A stretch of DNA of 64,000 nt from Blepharisma stoltei ATCC 30299 (lineage: Eukaryota > Protista > Ciliophora), in contig CBFDEM010000015.1 of assembly GCA_965603825.1 (NCBI GenBank), positions 496,001 to 560,000 of the forward strand, in the 5' to 3' direction. Shown here one piece after another: positions 1 to 12,686 of this stretch. Numbering within the stretch: position 1 is the stretch's first letter; each line of letters begins with the position of its first letter. The notes beneath the pieces were generated by a model. The model saw only the letters and a list, made by a program, of their open reading frames with translations. It did no database searches and was not told the origin of the DNA. The translations under genes were made by a program, and so were the position numbers.

Positions 1-49
1 AGTAAACAATCATAAATCACTAATGTATATTTATAGCTCTCAAATAAAA

Positions 50-1147
50 ATGAAGATAATACCTATTGTGCTTATTATAGTAGTAAGCTGACTTGTTTAT
101 TTCGTAATAAATTGCTTAGATTTATTTGTCAATGTAAAGCTCCATCATGATGAAGATTGCGAAAAAATTATGCTTCCTCTAGAAGCTGAAGATTTAGCAT
201 GATATGGAAATGTTATAATTTCAGGGATGAGCGACCTTAAAGCAAGCTTTTACAAGCATTTAGCAGCAAAACAAATCCAGAAAGGATCTCTAATCTATAT
301 CGACCCTATTTCTAAATCTTGGGGTTATATCTCTATGATAAATTATCCTGAAAATTTGCCATTTAATCCAATTGGATTCGATATTTATAACAACAAAACT
401 CTTTATGCAATTAATACAGCATTTGGGGACTTTGGAGAAAGAATTGAAGTCTTTTCTCTATCTGACTCAAAAGAAGGAATACAAGCCCACTACTTGAGAT
501 CAATAATTTTTGGAAATAATTGGCTTGGCAAGCTAAATGATATCGCTGTCCTTAAAGAAGGCCATTTTTATGTTTCAGAAGAAATTTTTTACCCAGATAC
601 GCCTGAAGGTAGAGATCATTCATTTTGGCCTTCAATAAAAAATATGATATGGAGTATCATAGGAAATATTCAAGTGTTATGTATTGCAAAGAAGCTACAG
701 ACAAAGCTCCTGAATGCACTCGCCAAGATTATAGTTATATGGAGTTACTATTTTAAATAACCAGCTTTTTGCTTCAGATACTCTGGGGGATGTTGTAAAT
801 ATTTATAATATCCAAAACGATTATAGTCTCATGAAGGTCGAAACTATTAAATTCCAGCATCATATGGATAATATTATAAAACAGAATAATGGATCATTAT
901 TAGTGAGTGGGATCAAAAAAAATTTTCAGTTTATGGACTCAACTGAAAAAATTAAATCAGGGAAAGAAAGTGAGCCAATTACATCTGCTGTGAGCAGGAT
1001 AACAAAAAATGACGGGAAATGTCTGTGGAAGAGATCATTATGCAAGATAAAATTGGAGCGTCATCAGCTATTCTTGTAGATAGGAAAACTTTAATTATCA
1101 GCTCAATGGTTGATACATTTCTCTTAGTCTGCTCATTAAAGGAATAA
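50..1147 (+). pseudogene. Paraoxonase/arylesterase-like beta-propeller hydrolase, frameshifted copy (pseudogene or assembly errors)
   Basis: Starts at ATG 50; TGA 89-91 aligns with TGG-Trp (VISW) of the paralog at 1220. Collinear with the paralog to TAA 1145-1147 but needs three 1-nt insertions (near 665, 739, 1021) to stay in frame. Confidence 0.7.
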
Positions 1148-1219
1148 TTCAGCTTGATATTTTAGCATCTTAATTAATCTAAATATTTTCACTATGGAAT
1201 AATTTGCTTAGAAATTATA

Positions 1220-2314
1220 ATGATTACTAAGATCATTTTTAGCATTTTTGTGATTGTTATAAGCTGGCTTTCCTACTATTTTATTGACGTTCTTGATATT
1301 TTTGTTGTTACACAATTGCATGACCATGAAAATTGTAAAGCATTCGCTATTCCTCTAGCAGCTGAAGACTTCGAGATATATGGAAATCTTTTAATATCAG
1401 GGATAGCTGATCGAAAACATTTTGATGTAAAAGATCAGATTAAAGGCTCGCTACTTTATTTTGACTCCGAAGCCAAAACATATGGATTTATTAAGCTTTC
1501 TAAGTTCCCTGCTGATCTCCCTTTTCATCCTCATGGAATTTATTTATTCGATAATTCTACTCTATATGTCCTGAACCATGCTTATGGCGATTATGGAGAA
1601 AGAATTGAAATTTTTTACCTAATGGAATCCAAACCAGAAAGAATCAGGGCAAAATACGTAAGATCTATTGTATTTCCCAATGAGTTTCTAGGAAAGCTAA
1701 ATGATATAGCTGTTATAAAGGATGGGCATTTCTATGTGACTGAGTGGATTCCTACTCCAGACACACCTGAAGGAAGAGATGTTTCTGTATGGACAACTCT
1801 TAAAAGAAACTTTTATATGATGGGGAAAAATACAAATCTTTATTACTGCAAAGAAATTAAAGGGCAAAGTCCATATTGTGTAATTCAAGACACTGAGAGA
1901 AGCTTCAACGGAGTTTACATATCAAACAACCAACTTTTTGCTGTTGAATCTATTGAAAGAAAGATAAAAATTTATGACATAAAAGAAAATTTCAGTCTTT
2001 CCTTCAATGCAGTCGTGAATTTTTCTCATCATATTGATAATATTCTTAAACAAAGAGATGGGACGTTTTTGGCAACTGGAATTAAGAGGATGATTGAATT
2101 TATGATCATTTTAGAGGAATTTCATAGTGGGAAGGAAAGGTCAGCTATAGCTGGAGGAGTCAGTAGAATGAGTAATGACAATGGAAATTGGACTGTTGAA
2201 GAGATAATTATGCAAGATAAAACCTTTGCTTCTGTTGCTGCTATTAATGATGACACACTTATTATTGGAAGTGCGACAGATAATTATCTTTTGCTTTGCC
2301 CAATAAATAAATAG
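1220..2314 (+). CDS. Paraoxonase/arylesterase (PON-like) with N-terminal signal anchor, 364 aa
   Basis: Motifs AED, F-x-PHGI, LYVLNH, LNDI, FYVT, NG, DN typical of PON/arylesterase; ends at TAG. Confidence 0.85.
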   Translation: MITKIIFSIFVIVISWLSYYFIDVLDIFVVTQLHDHENCKAFAIPLAAEDFEIYGNLLISGIADRKHFDVKDQIKGSLLYFDSEAKTYGFIKLSKFPADLPFHPHGIYLFDNSTLYVLNHAYGDYGERIEIFYLMESKPERIRAKYVRSIVFPNEFLGKLNDIAVIKDGHFYVTEWIPTPDTPEGRDVSVWTTLKRNFYMMGKNTNLYYCKEIKGQSPYCVIQDTERSFNGVYISNNQLFAVESIERKIKIYDIKENFSLSFNAVVNFSHHIDNILKQRDGTFLATGIKRMIEFMIILEEFHSGKERSAIAGGVSRMSNDNGNWTVEEIIMQDKTFASVAAINDDTLIIGSATDNYLLLCPINK

Positions 2315-2351
2315 AAAATATTTTTAAAAGTTTTATTTAATAATATTATCA

Positions 2352-3182
2352 TTAAGTGACCTTACCATTTATTGATAATCTATAATGCAATAGCCTTTGG
2401 TCTCTTTCTACTATATCTTCATATGAGAATTTATCTATAACACTCTCAAGATCTAATTTCAAGCATAAACTTTTTTCTCTTTCTTCGTCTAATCGATGCC
2501 TAATAGTCAAAGCTTTACCTGCAATAGTTAATTCATCACATTGATTTGATTGGATATTCCAAATCTTCAATGTGAATTTACTCGAAAAATTCTCCAAAGT
2601 CCTAAACTGTGGATAAAACAAATTTTTTGTTGAATCCATAAAAATATAAGTCAAGATTGTTATGGTGTTTCCGTCTTTATAATGAAATGTATGCAATAAT
2701 TTAACACAGCCAGCAATTGGAGGAAGTAAATTTGATCTTAGTCTCGAAGAAAATTCAGCAGTATCTCCCATAACATCATAATGGGGAATTTTATGTTTCA
2801 TGTTTAAATGAGAAAAAACAGATTTATGGGTTCCAGCTCATCTACAACTAGGCATTAAACATTTTAAGCCAGAAGGATTAAACCTGCAATCAATTTCATG
2901 AGAAATTCTTGATGAAAGTTTCATTGTTGTGGTGCATCCTTTAAAATGGCAAGAAATATCAATCAGCGAAAGCTGTTGTTCTAGGCTATAATTTCGCAAT
3001 TTCCGACCAATGTTTGACTTACAAAATGGGCATTTAGGTATTTTTTCTGAGCATCGGTCACATATAGAATGTCCTCGATCACACTGAAAAATAGGGATTG
3101 TAAAAAATTCAGCGCATATAGGACATTCAAGCGAGGACGAAACCAATAGATTTATATTTGTAAGAGATGATCTTTCTGACAT
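2352..3182 (-). CDS. SIAH/Sina-like RING E3 ubiquitin ligase, 276 aa
   Basis: RING CPIC..IFQCDRGHSICDRC..CPFC, RNYSLE and Sina Zn fingers. TGA 2838-2840 read as Trp gives CRWAGT..HL..KH (SIAH CKWQG..HL..H) and joins two in-frame ORFs. Confidence 0.85.
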
Positions 3183-4274
3183 CTTTTATATTTTTTTGAT
3201 AAATGGAATGACTTGGGTAAATTTTTGCCTGAAAATTGCATTGGAAATTATTACTCATATTAGATTCTGACTTATTAAAATATAATTGGACCATAAAGAA
3301 AATTAAATGGAAAGAAAAATCAAATGGAATAAGATAAATTTTTGAGGTATTATAATGGCCACATAAAATAATAGGAACTAAATTTTATATTAGCCTAGTC
3401 TCTAATTTTAAAATTATTATCATTATTATTAATTTTATTTAGAGTATTCTGATTATCCTCTTCACTATTAGAACAGCATTATAAATGGATAGTTATGTAA
3501 GATGATCGGATAATTAATTAAATAGCAGATGATCTAGAATAAAAGTATGAAACTAATTATATATCATATAAATAAAATTATACAAAAAAAAGTGAACTAT
3601 TAAGTTATATTTCTGGCTAAACTCGTTTTATGTGACCTAAAAATTGCTTTCTATGTCATTTGGAGTATGCAAAAGTTAGATCTAATAACTGAAATTATTT
3701 AATGCCATATCTCTGATTATTTAAATTTTCTCTATTGCTTCAGAGTGTTCTATTTTTTTACTGTATATAATTTGATTCTAGCTATAATGCTGGCTCTTAT
3801 TTAGATTCTGTGCGAGATATTCTAGCAATTACGTTTTTTCTGCCCTAACCATAAACAAAATTTATAAATAAAAAATAGTTTGCTATTTTATTTCTGGCTT
3901 ACCTACAAAATTTCCCATTTTCTAAGTCATTTTTCACCTAGAGACACTTTTCTAAATGAATCTAACGCGAAATGGCGCAATACTTTATAAGTTTATAACT
4001 ACTTATATAAATTTAAAGTCCTTACCCTTTAAACTGTATAAATTATTCTATTCTTGCAATCCCTCAACCCAAATAATGGAATTTTACTAAAAAAATAATA
4101 TAAATGATTAGAGTTTTATTGACTATTTTAATCGATATTCTCAAAATCGACACTGATATTCCTTCATAAATAGCACATGTTGGATTTTCATTTTAAGCTC
4201 AAAACCATTATTTCCTAGAACACTATAATTTTTCTTTACTAATTCAAACACCCACTGATAATTTTTAACATAAA

Positions 4275-5840
4275 ATGGGAGTTTGCTGCAGTAATAATGC
4301 ACCTCAACACAACCGAGGGCGATATCCAACAATCGGCGAATTTGTCGCTACATCACATCTGCGAGGGGTCATCCGTGAAAGTACTCACTATATAGACATA
4401 AGAGAACATTATAAATTTATTAAAATATTAGGCCACGGCCATTTCGGAACAGTCAGAGAAGCAATCAGACTTCACCAATCTACCAGGCAGCAAAAATACG
4501 CAATTAAATCAATCCCCATTTCAAAAATCCACTCAATTGACGTCCTCAAAAATGAACTAGAAATCCTTCAGCAAGCTGACCACCCCAACATAATAAAACT
4601 GTTTCAATGCTATGAAGACTCCAACTATGTCCATCTTGTCATGGAATTGTGCACAGGCGGCGACCTTTTAGAAGATTTTCTTCGAAAAGGAGTTTTAGAT
4701 GAAGAAACAGCCGCGAAATGGCTAGAAAAAATCTGTTCAGCTGTAACTTATCTACACAACTTGCATATTTGTCATCGGGATATCAAACCCGAAAATTTTC
4801 TATTGACAACAAGACTGCCAGATGCAGAGCTAAAAATGATAGATTTTGGATTATCAACAAAATTTTCTGAAGACCAAAAAGAACTTCATTCTGTAGTTGG
4901 GACGCCTTATTATTTAGCTCCTGAAGTGATCAATAAAAACTATGGAGTCGAATGCGATGTATGGAGTATTGGAATTATGATGTATTTATTATTAGGAGGC
5001 TATGTCCCGTTTACTGGAGATAACCATCATGAAGTTTTTGATAAAATTTTGCATGAAGAATTGGTTTTTCGTCACGAAAGATGAGAACTTATTTCTAATG
5101 ACGCAAAAGACTTGTTGAGCCAAATGCTTACAAAAAGTACGACAAATAGGATAAAGCTGCCTCAGGTTTTAAAGCATTCGTGGTTTAAGAGATATAGAAA
5201 AAACAAGCTTAAGAGCGTACCTTTAAATGTAATTGAGACTTTGATGAAATATCATGCTCCTGACAAGCTTAGAAAATATCTTATGAAACTTATCATAAAA
5301 AATATGAGCTATAACGAAATCAAAGAACTTGACGAAATTTTTAGGGCTCTCGATACAAATAAAACTGGAGTCGTCAATGCTTTTGATGTGGTTCAAGCTC
5401 TTAAAAATGCAAAACAGCCAAAAGCTGTAGAAAAGTTGGAAAAATTGTTAGAGAGAAATAAATACTTGGAAAATGGAGATTTCTACTATAGCGATTTTAT
5501 AATTGCAACTCTTGATAAAAAGAAAGTGCTTAATGAAGATATTTTAAAAGATGTGTTTTACTCGCTGACCAATGTAAAAATAATGTAGGGAACACAAGCC
5601 ACAATTACTCCACAAGATTTATATGATAATTTCTTACGTTCTGGAATTGAGGTCACCCAAGGCGAAGTAGATGACATGATAAACCAGTTTAAAGCAGCAA
5701 ATAAAGAGTTTGATTATGAAGCATTTCAAGAAATTGTGATGCAGAATTCGCCATTGCTAGATAGCCCAATGCTGCCAAGAAGGTCTTTAAAAAAGGACTC
5801 ATCAGATCCAAGGTTGAATCAGTATTTGCCTATACAATAG
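4275..5840 (+). CDS. Calcium-dependent protein kinase (CDPK-like) with partly degenerate EF-hands, 516 aa
   Basis: MGVCCS acylation motif, GHGHFG, HRDIKPEN, DFG, APE. TGA 5082-5084=W (W-ELISNDAKDL). 15-nt intron 5574-5588 gtaaaaataatgtag. Stop TAG 5838-5840. Confidence 0.88.
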
Positions 5841-6035
5841 GTATTTAGCAATTATTAAATTGTTATATATATATTTAAAATGTTTATTAGTCATAGTTTT
5901 ATTACTTCTTCTGTTATTTGGGCCGTTTATTTTTTTTGAATGTTCTAATTGAGTAGATTTTCAGGGATTCTCCAATAAAAGATTTGGAATTCGAAAAATA
6001 TCGTGGTTTTCCAATTTTTAATTATAAATTTATAT

Positions 6036-6497
6036 CTATTTTTTATTCTGGGTCTGCGAAAGTTGGTCCAACAATTTTTCTAATCTTTCAGGTCGCTTCG
6101 GGCCAAATGTTTTTCCAGGTGCATATGTTTCCATATTTTTTATTCTTTTGAGAACTTGGATATTTCTTCTTGGTTTTGTGTCATTCCGAGGCCGTGACCA
6201 TACATTAAATTCCCAGCTATCAAAGCATCACTTTGATCGTCTTCTCTTTTTGGGTGAACCCAACTCATTAAGAGAAATAGCGCTCTGGGATTTTAAATGC
6301 TGGATATCTGGCAGTGAACTCCTCGAGGTAACTGGCTTTGGGTCGTCATCATCATTGTGATGACAGTTTAATCTTGAAAAATATTTGTCTACTTTAAAAG
6401 GTTCACGCTTTTCGATCTTGTTTAAGATGAATTTTGGCTTTAAATTCTCGTCTAAGCTTTTGAATTCAAGTGAAAAATGTTTTAGTCTTTTAAACAT
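6036..6497 (-). CDS. Hypothetical protein, 153 aa
   Basis: ATG 6497; TGA 6228-6230 read through; TAG 6036-6038; no recognisable domain. Confidence 0.5.
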
Positions 6498-6788
6498 TTT
6501 TGGATTTTATGTAATAGTTTTTTTATAAATGTGTGATAATAGATATTGAAATAAAATACTGAATGACTATGGCAGTTTTCCATATACTTATTTTTATACT
6601 GCATTTTAGCTACTTAATTTATATAAAGAATAAGAAAACTCGTAAATTTATAATAAGATTATAATTTATTTATCAATATTTGTTTCCAACACTGATATAT
6701 CGCTTATTTATGGATTATTTTTTGAGTAGATCTTAAGCTATTTTAAATTTTAATTCTTCCAAATATATTTATACATTTCAAGATAAAA

Positions 6789-7880
6789 ATGGGCAGATGC
6801 ACATTTACAAACTGTACCAAGCTGCTCGGCAATTTTTTCGTCCTTTTTGTGTTTTTAGTAGTCTCCTTTATATACTCCAACGTAATCCGACTATATCTCC
6901 CCTCCCTTCAAGACCGGTCTAATTTATGTCTCAAACTGCTCATATTCCTCGCAATTTTCCACATCATTATCTTTATGTTTCTTTGAAGCTTTTTTAAAGC
7001 AATGCTTACAGACCCAGGAATGGTTCCTCCTTTATGAGGCTTTTATATGGGAGATGCAGAAATAAAAAGAAGAAGATATTGCCTAATGTGCCACGTTTTT
7101 AAGCCTGAACGTTGTCATCACTGCTCTGCATGTAATCGCTGTGTGCTTAATATGGACCACCACTGCCCATGGATTAACAACTGTGTAGGCTTTTTCAACA
7201 GAAAATATTTTATCTTGGTATTATTTTATGTATTGATTTGTTTATATATGTCAGTAGCTGTGATGGCAAAGCCTGCTTATGATAACGCTCTTTATATCGT
7301 AAACACAAGAGATCTGCATGCTTATTCAGAAGTAGTTTTAATAGGCGCATTTTTATTTGCTGCATTATTGGCAGTTGTGCTTACGCTTTTTGCAAAATTT
7401 CATATAAAGCTTATATTAGGCAACACAACGACGATAGAACAGATGGATAAGAAAGCAAATCAGAGGACAGGGCTATATGACAAAGGAAGGGAAAGGAACT
7501 GAATTCAGGTTTTTGGGCAAAATCCTTGGATATGGCTACTCCCTATGACAGGGGTAACAGGAAAACCAATAGGAGATGGAGTGATTTGGAATATGGAAAA
7601 TAGGTTCAGTGTGGATGAGGCCCCATCAATTGAAGGAAAAGCTTCAAACATTCCAAAAGCATCTTCATCAATCCCTATAAAAGATGAACAAATAGGTAGC
7701 ATCAAGCTCGTTATGAGCCCACCTCTAAGCAAAGTCAGACAGGACTCACCTCCAGACGAAGGAATTGAAGTAAAAATTTCTCCATCTTATGAGCCTAGAA
7801 GAAAATTTTTCGAGTCAACAGGCTCTACGTCTTCTAGAGACCAAAATTTGAGTGACAGAGGCTCCAAAATATCTATTTAA
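6789..7880 (+). CDS. DHHC palmitoyl-acyltransferase (ZDHHC2/15/20-like), 363 aa
   Basis: Three in-frame ORFs joined by TGA=W (6984, 7035, 7500). TDPG, CLMC..KPERCHHCSACNRCVLNMDHHCPW, TTIE and four TM helices. Confidence 0.93.
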
Positions 7881-7903
7881 TTAATTTGTTTAGCCATATT
7901 ATT

Positions 7904-8611
7904 ATGTTTTTCTTAACATTGCTACACGTAAGTTTTGGGCTTCTCTGTGAAGATATGTTTGAGCAAGCTTACGACCTTAAAGACATCATAGCCCAACAAA
8001 TTGTCCCTGAACATCTCAGTGCTCAGTAATCTTAATTTAGATGTATTTCCTCATATATTAAAAAAGGAGCTTATGAAGAAGCTGAATATTTGATTTCTAA
8101 AGCTGGCAGTTCAAAAGTTGACTTGAATTCAGTTATGAATTTACTATTAAGCTATAAAAGATCTATAGCAAGCTTAACAAGCTTATTTGATGTAGAAAAT
8201 GAGCCGCAAATAGTTAAACCAAGCTTCAGATGGGCACAGTCATTAACTCATATATATCTTGACATAAAGTTCTCACATAGATTTGACTCTGCAGGATGCA
8301 CTCATGTATATGATAAAATTATAAAAGTGAAAAAGGACCATCTTGAATTTTCAGCTAAATGCATTTATTCTAAACAAAAGCTGCAATTTGAGCTTAATTT
8401 GCCATTTTATGAAGTTATTGATACAAGGTATACAGAAACTAATGAAATTTTAACCGGGAGACTTGAAATTAAGATCCAGAAGTGGAAAGCGCCAAGTGTA
8501 TGGCCTCAAATTTACTCTGGCGAAAAACCTCAAAATATGTCACCTTGGTGGGATATGCAAGAACAGTTTAATGAGCAGCTGAAGCAGCATCAAGATTTGA
8601 ATGCGCTTTAA
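7904..8611 (+). CDS. CS (p23/HSP20-like) domain protein with N-terminal hydrophobic signal, 230 aa
   Basis: ATG 7904; 15-nt intron 8026-8040 gtaatcttaatttag removes an in-frame TAA. PSFRWAQS..IYLDIK and W..W-W-D CS-domain pattern. Confidence 0.75.
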
Positions 8612-8635
8612 TTTAACAAATTATTATAACCATGC

Positions 8636-9094
8636 TTATTTATTTTGCTGTTGCTGGGCAATTTGAGCTTGCTGAGCTTGAATTGCTTGTTGTGCCCATT
8701 GAACTTCTCTCATTCTGTCTCCTACGTATTTCGGTATAAACAGCCTGCCTGGATTCATATTCCAAGGCTGCTTTGTGTCCCTAACATTAACTGGGTGATC
8801 AGGTCCATGCACTGGTCTCTGATGTGGATAATGGCTTTCTTCAAACAAAAATTGCATTCGCGATTTTTTCTTATCTTTTCTTCTTGTAGTATAAGGATTT
8901 TTCTTGACATACTCCAGAATAGAATCATAAATCGAATCATGGCTATCACATGAAAGAAGCAAATCTTCCCTGATCTTTTTATAATCATTCGCAAACTGCT
9001 GCAGCTTTTCTCCTTCTTTGCCATTCAATAAATCGCCTATTTCTGCCAAGTTGTGTGAAGTTGGGTCATTTGGGCACTCTATTTGTTTTACCAT
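8636..9094 (-). CDS. Hypothetical protein with Q-rich C-terminus, 152 aa
   Basis: Uninterrupted ATG..TAA ORF with coding-like composition between two convincing genes. Confidence 0.65.
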   Translation of the reverse strand: MVKQIECPNDPTSHNLAEIGDLLNGKEGEKLQQFANDYKKIREDLLLSCDSHDSIYDSILEYVKKNPYTTRRKDKKKSRMQFLFEESHYPHQRPVHGPDHPVNVRDTKQPWNMNPGRLFIPKYVGDRMREVQWAQQAIQAQQAQIAQQQQNK

Positions 9095-9104
9095 TTTATT
9101 TATT

Positions 9105-9908
9105 ATGCTTTTAAAAGGCTTGCTGAGGGTTTTTGCGACTTCTGAAAATGCTATTAAAGAGCTTAATAGAAAACTAAGCCAGTGCTACTCGTTAGGAGAT
9201 TACCAAGAAGCCCTTAGCATTGCTGAGCAAGCTTATGAAGAAAGCAAAGAGCTAGGGGAATATAACCAAATGCACATCACAGCATGCAGCAATTTGGCGC
9301 TGATGTACAAAACTGTAGGCCGATATGAAAATGCATTAAACTTATATGAAAACGCTTATAAGTCATATACGAATATTCTAGGAGAAACACACAAAAACAC
9401 TGTCACAATTGTACATAATATTGCTGCCACACATAAAGCAAGAGGCGAGCCTGACAAAGCGATCCCTCTATTAGAAAAAATAATCGAGATGAGGAGAAAT
9501 AGTGAAAATACATCTGATTTAGTCAGTAGCTTAAATATTTTGGGATCATGCTACAAAGACATTGGGAACTTAGAAAAAGCGAAAACTTATATAAAAGAAG
9601 CTTTAGATATTATTGAAGAAAGATTTGGAAAAGGAAATGTGATGTCTGTCAACTCACTAAACGCAATGGGATTAGTTTGCAAAGCAAATAAAGAATATGA
9701 GCTTGCTGAAAAATACTTAAAAGAGTAATTTATAAATAGAGCTCTACAGCTACGTGAAAACTGGCACGGCGAATCTCACCCAGAAACTCTTGCAATCCGT
9801 CACAACCTTGCAGAGCTCTACATGGCTTCTGGACAAGTCGACAAAGCTAGAGACTATTTAACCTCCAATGTCAATATTATGCAGGAAGAAATAAGTAAAG
9901 AAAATTAA
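9105..9908 (+). CDS. Kinesin-light-chain-type TPR repeat protein, possible mitochondrial presequence, 262 aa
   Basis: Repeats NLA.MY...G.Y..A..LY..A and G..H..T....HN.A. 15-nt intron 9725-9739 gtaatttataaatag. TAA 9906-9908. ATG 9105 (MLLKGLLRVFA) preferred over the upstream TTG. Confidence 0.8.
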
Positions 9909-9923
9909 TGATTTTAATAATAA

Positions 9924-11168
9924 ATGTGGATCGTCAACCTCGTCATTTGCTTCACGCTCGCAGAATACTTATTTAGCCTTTACGTAAACCTCCGCCAATG
10001 GAAACGCTATAAAATCAAAACTCTTCCAGACGAGCTCAAAGCAGTAGCCACAGAAGAAGAATTTATAAAGTCACAAAATTATGGATTTGACAAAATTTCG
10101 TTCAGCATGGTCAAAACTTATGTGTCAACCCTAGAGACAATTTTAATCCTTTATTTTAATGTAATTCCTTATATTTGGGAAAAAAGCCACGATTTTTTGT
10201 TATGCTTTGGGCTTGAAGGAGAAATTTACCAAGCTTTGGCTTATAGCTATGTATTGATGCTTATCGGAATATTTGATGACTTGCCATTTAGCTTGTACTC
10301 AACTTTTGCGATAGAAGAAAGATATGGGTTCAACAAGACCACGATGAAAGAGTTTATAAAAGATATCCTCAAAAATACATTGGTGACAGCTGCGATTACA
10401 GGGGTTGTGCTTCCTATTTTATTATGGATCATTGATTGGGGTGGAGAATATTTCTATTTATATGTCTGGGGATTTCTGACTGTCGTGATTTTGGTGATTT
10501 CACACATTTACCATGACTGGATTGCCCAGCTTTATAACACATTTACAGAGCTTGAAGATGGGACATTAAAGACAGCTATAAATGAGCTTGCAAAAAGGCT
10601 TAAGTTTCCTTTGAAAAACATATATGTAGTTGATGGAGACAGACGATCAGAACACTCTAATGCGTACTTCTTTGGATTCTGGAAAAACAAAAGAATTGTC
10701 TTGTTTAACACTTTGCTGAAAAAAGAAAAAAATATCAGTGAAGATGAAATTATTGCCATTTTAGCACATGAACTAGGCCATTGGAAATTGAGCCACTTTT
10801 TGAAAGGGATTTTGATTTTGGAGCTGCAAATTTTGGTGATGTTTTATCTCTTTGGAAAAGTTATGTACACTCAAGAACTTTATAGACAGTTCGGATTTTC
10901 AAAGCAAAACAGTTTTATAGGACTTATGCTGTTTTCGTATATTTATGCTCCAGTCAATGTAGTCCTGTCAATTATTTTGACTTTTAGATCAAGACGCCAA
11001 GAATTCCAAGCAGACGCTTTCGCTAAGAAAAATGACTATGGAGATCTGCTTAAGACAGCATTGATTAAGATCCATACCCAAAATAGTGGCAACATTTACC
11101 CAGACCCATTATATTCTGCAATTAACTTTTCGCACCCGCCACTTTTAGAAAGATTAAAAGCTCTTTAA
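9924..11168 (+). CDS. STE24: CAAX prenyl protease 1 (Ste24/ZMPSTE24, peptidase M48), 414 aa
   Basis: F.IEERYGFNKTT, HSNAYFFG..KNKRIVL, HELGHW zinc motif, EFQAD, SHPPLLERL. Confidence 0.95.
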   Translation: MWIVNLVICFTLAEYLFSLYVNLRQWKRYKIKTLPDELKAVATEEEFIKSQNYGFDKISFSMVKTYVSTLETILILYFNVIPYIWEKSHDFLLCFGLEGEIYQALAYSYVLMLIGIFDDLPFSLYSTFAIEERYGFNKTTMKEFIKDILKNTLVTAAITGVVLPILLWIIDWGGEYFYLYVWGFLTVVILVISHIYHDWIAQLYNTFTELEDGTLKTAINELAKRLKFPLKNIYVVDGDRRSEHSNAYFFGFWKNKRIVLFNTLLKKEKNISEDEIIAILAHELGHWKLSHFLKGILILELQILVMFYLFGKVMYTQELYRQFGFSKQNSFIGLMLFSYIYAPVNVVLSIILTFRSRRQEFQADAFAKKNDYGDLLKTALIKIHTQNSGNIYPDPLYSAINFSHPPLLERLKAL

Positions 11169-11186
11169 ATCATTATAATTTCATAA

Positions 11187-11912
11187 TTATCTTGAATACA
11201 TCTTGTTGCCTCCATTAAGTGCGTTTTCTAAATCTTCATAAGCTGATCTCTGCAGAAACTGTGTATTTTGGAGCCTTTGTATGAGCTCGAGTTCTTCTTG
11301 TTCCATTCTGGCAATTTCTCCTTCTTTTAGTTCTCTTATTTTGCTTTCATTCTCCATTCGGTTGTTTAGCTGATTTCTAACTTTTAATTTCTTCTGTTCT
11401 AACTGTTCTTTTCTTCTTTGAACTGACACTTCTTTTTCCTTTTTCAGCTGCTCTTTTATGGTTCAATTTCTGGTAAATTCTTCTTCTAATTTTCTTTCCA
11501 GCTGAATTTTATAGTGGGCTTTGGCTTCCCTTACTGATTTTCCTTCCATTTGTTTTTGGATTAAAACTTGGTTTTTCATGATTTGTTGAGCTTTTAGAAT
11601 ATTTTGTTTCCTTTTATAGTTTTCGATTGCTCTTTGCTTGGTTTCCATTGACTTCGCTCGTTGCTCTTCTTCTTTCTTTTTTTGGAACTCTTGGTTTCTT
11701 ATGCGGCTGTTTATGATATCTTTAGCCCTTTTACGAGTTTCTTCAATGTGTCGTTGAGCTTTAGCTTCTTCAGCTTTTAATAGAGCGATTCTATTTGCAA
11801 GAAGTCTTGCATCCTCTTCCACTTGTTTCCTCATTTGTTTAGCTTCATTCAGCTTTTGAACGTCAGATTCAAGCTGGCTGTCACTTATAGAATTAGAATT
11901 AAAAGTATCCAT
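11187..11912 (-). CDS. Coiled-coil protein, 241 aa
   Basis: Two in-frame ORFs joined by TGA 11463-11465; LLANRIALLK.EE and ME.EE.ELIQRLQNTQ coiled-coil segments. Confidence 0.75.
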
Positions 11913-11922
11913 TATAAGAAGA

Positions 11923-12660
11923 TTAACTGCTTTTTTTAGTTTTATTACGCTTTTTGCATTTGGCTCTTTTAAGCAGCATTTTAAACGCTTTTTGCTCCAC
12001 TTTTTTTCAGTAGTGTTTTTCTTTTCTGTTCATTCCTTTGTGTGTCTCTGGGATTTCTTGCTTAGCTTCTTTTACATGCTGCTTAAATAAGTCACGCTTC
12101 TCAGGAGATTTTCCTACCCCAGGGCATAATTTGGCGTTATGGCCTTTTGATCCGCATTTATTGCAGCTGAAACTGCTGATGGCTTTTTTGGCTTTTTCTA
12201 TTGTGTAGCAATTTATGTGACCTTTTTCGTTGCAATATATACACTGGTATTTTTTTTCGTCTTTTTCTCTGATAGGCTCAGGTTTTGTTAAACAAAAAGA
12301 CACTGAGTGTCCTTCCCTTCCACAATTGTTGCAGACCTTATTGAATTTGGTTCGGCAGTCTCTAGAGAAATGCCCAACTCCTTGGCACTTGTAGCAAATC
12401 ATTTGTTCACATTGAGAAAACTGATGTGTAGATTTTGTACAAAAAATGCACGGTGGCCGCTTTGCTTCATTTGGGCACTTAAAAGACATGTGCCCAAATT
12501 GAGAGCATCGGAAACATTTGATGCAGGGGTCTGGGTCGTCGAAGTACCTTGTATTTCTGGAAAAATCGTCAGTTATGCTGGCTTTTTGGGTGTTTTCAAC
12601 TGTTGGTGGGTCATTATCAATATAAAATAATGATGAATCCAGCTTAATTTTGTCTGACAT
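11923..12660 (-). CDS. CCHC zinc-knuckle protein, Air1/Air2/ZCCHC7-like (TRAMP subunit candidate), 245 aa
   Basis: RYF motif followed by five CX2CX4HX4C knuckles and one CX2CX4HX2C variant. TGA 12007-12009 read through to TAA 11923-11925. Confidence 0.75.
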
Positions 12661-12686
12661 TTATAAGCTTAAACCTATTATCATAA

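Noticed and set aside
8779-8786. CCCTAACA telomere-like unit
   Set aside because: Single copy inside a coding region with no tandem array.
8645-9024. Overlapping or antisense ORFs in the track (e.g. 8645-8953, 12307-12630, 34911-35363, 43366-43722, 44988-45320, 55759-56103, 63566-63853)
   Set aside because: They are shadows of well-supported genes in another frame or strand and have no motifs of their own.
11923-12660. Retrotransposon gag from CCHC knuckles
   Set aside because: No pol, LTR or capsid region; the RYF plus multi-knuckle layout fits a cellular Air1/2-like protein.
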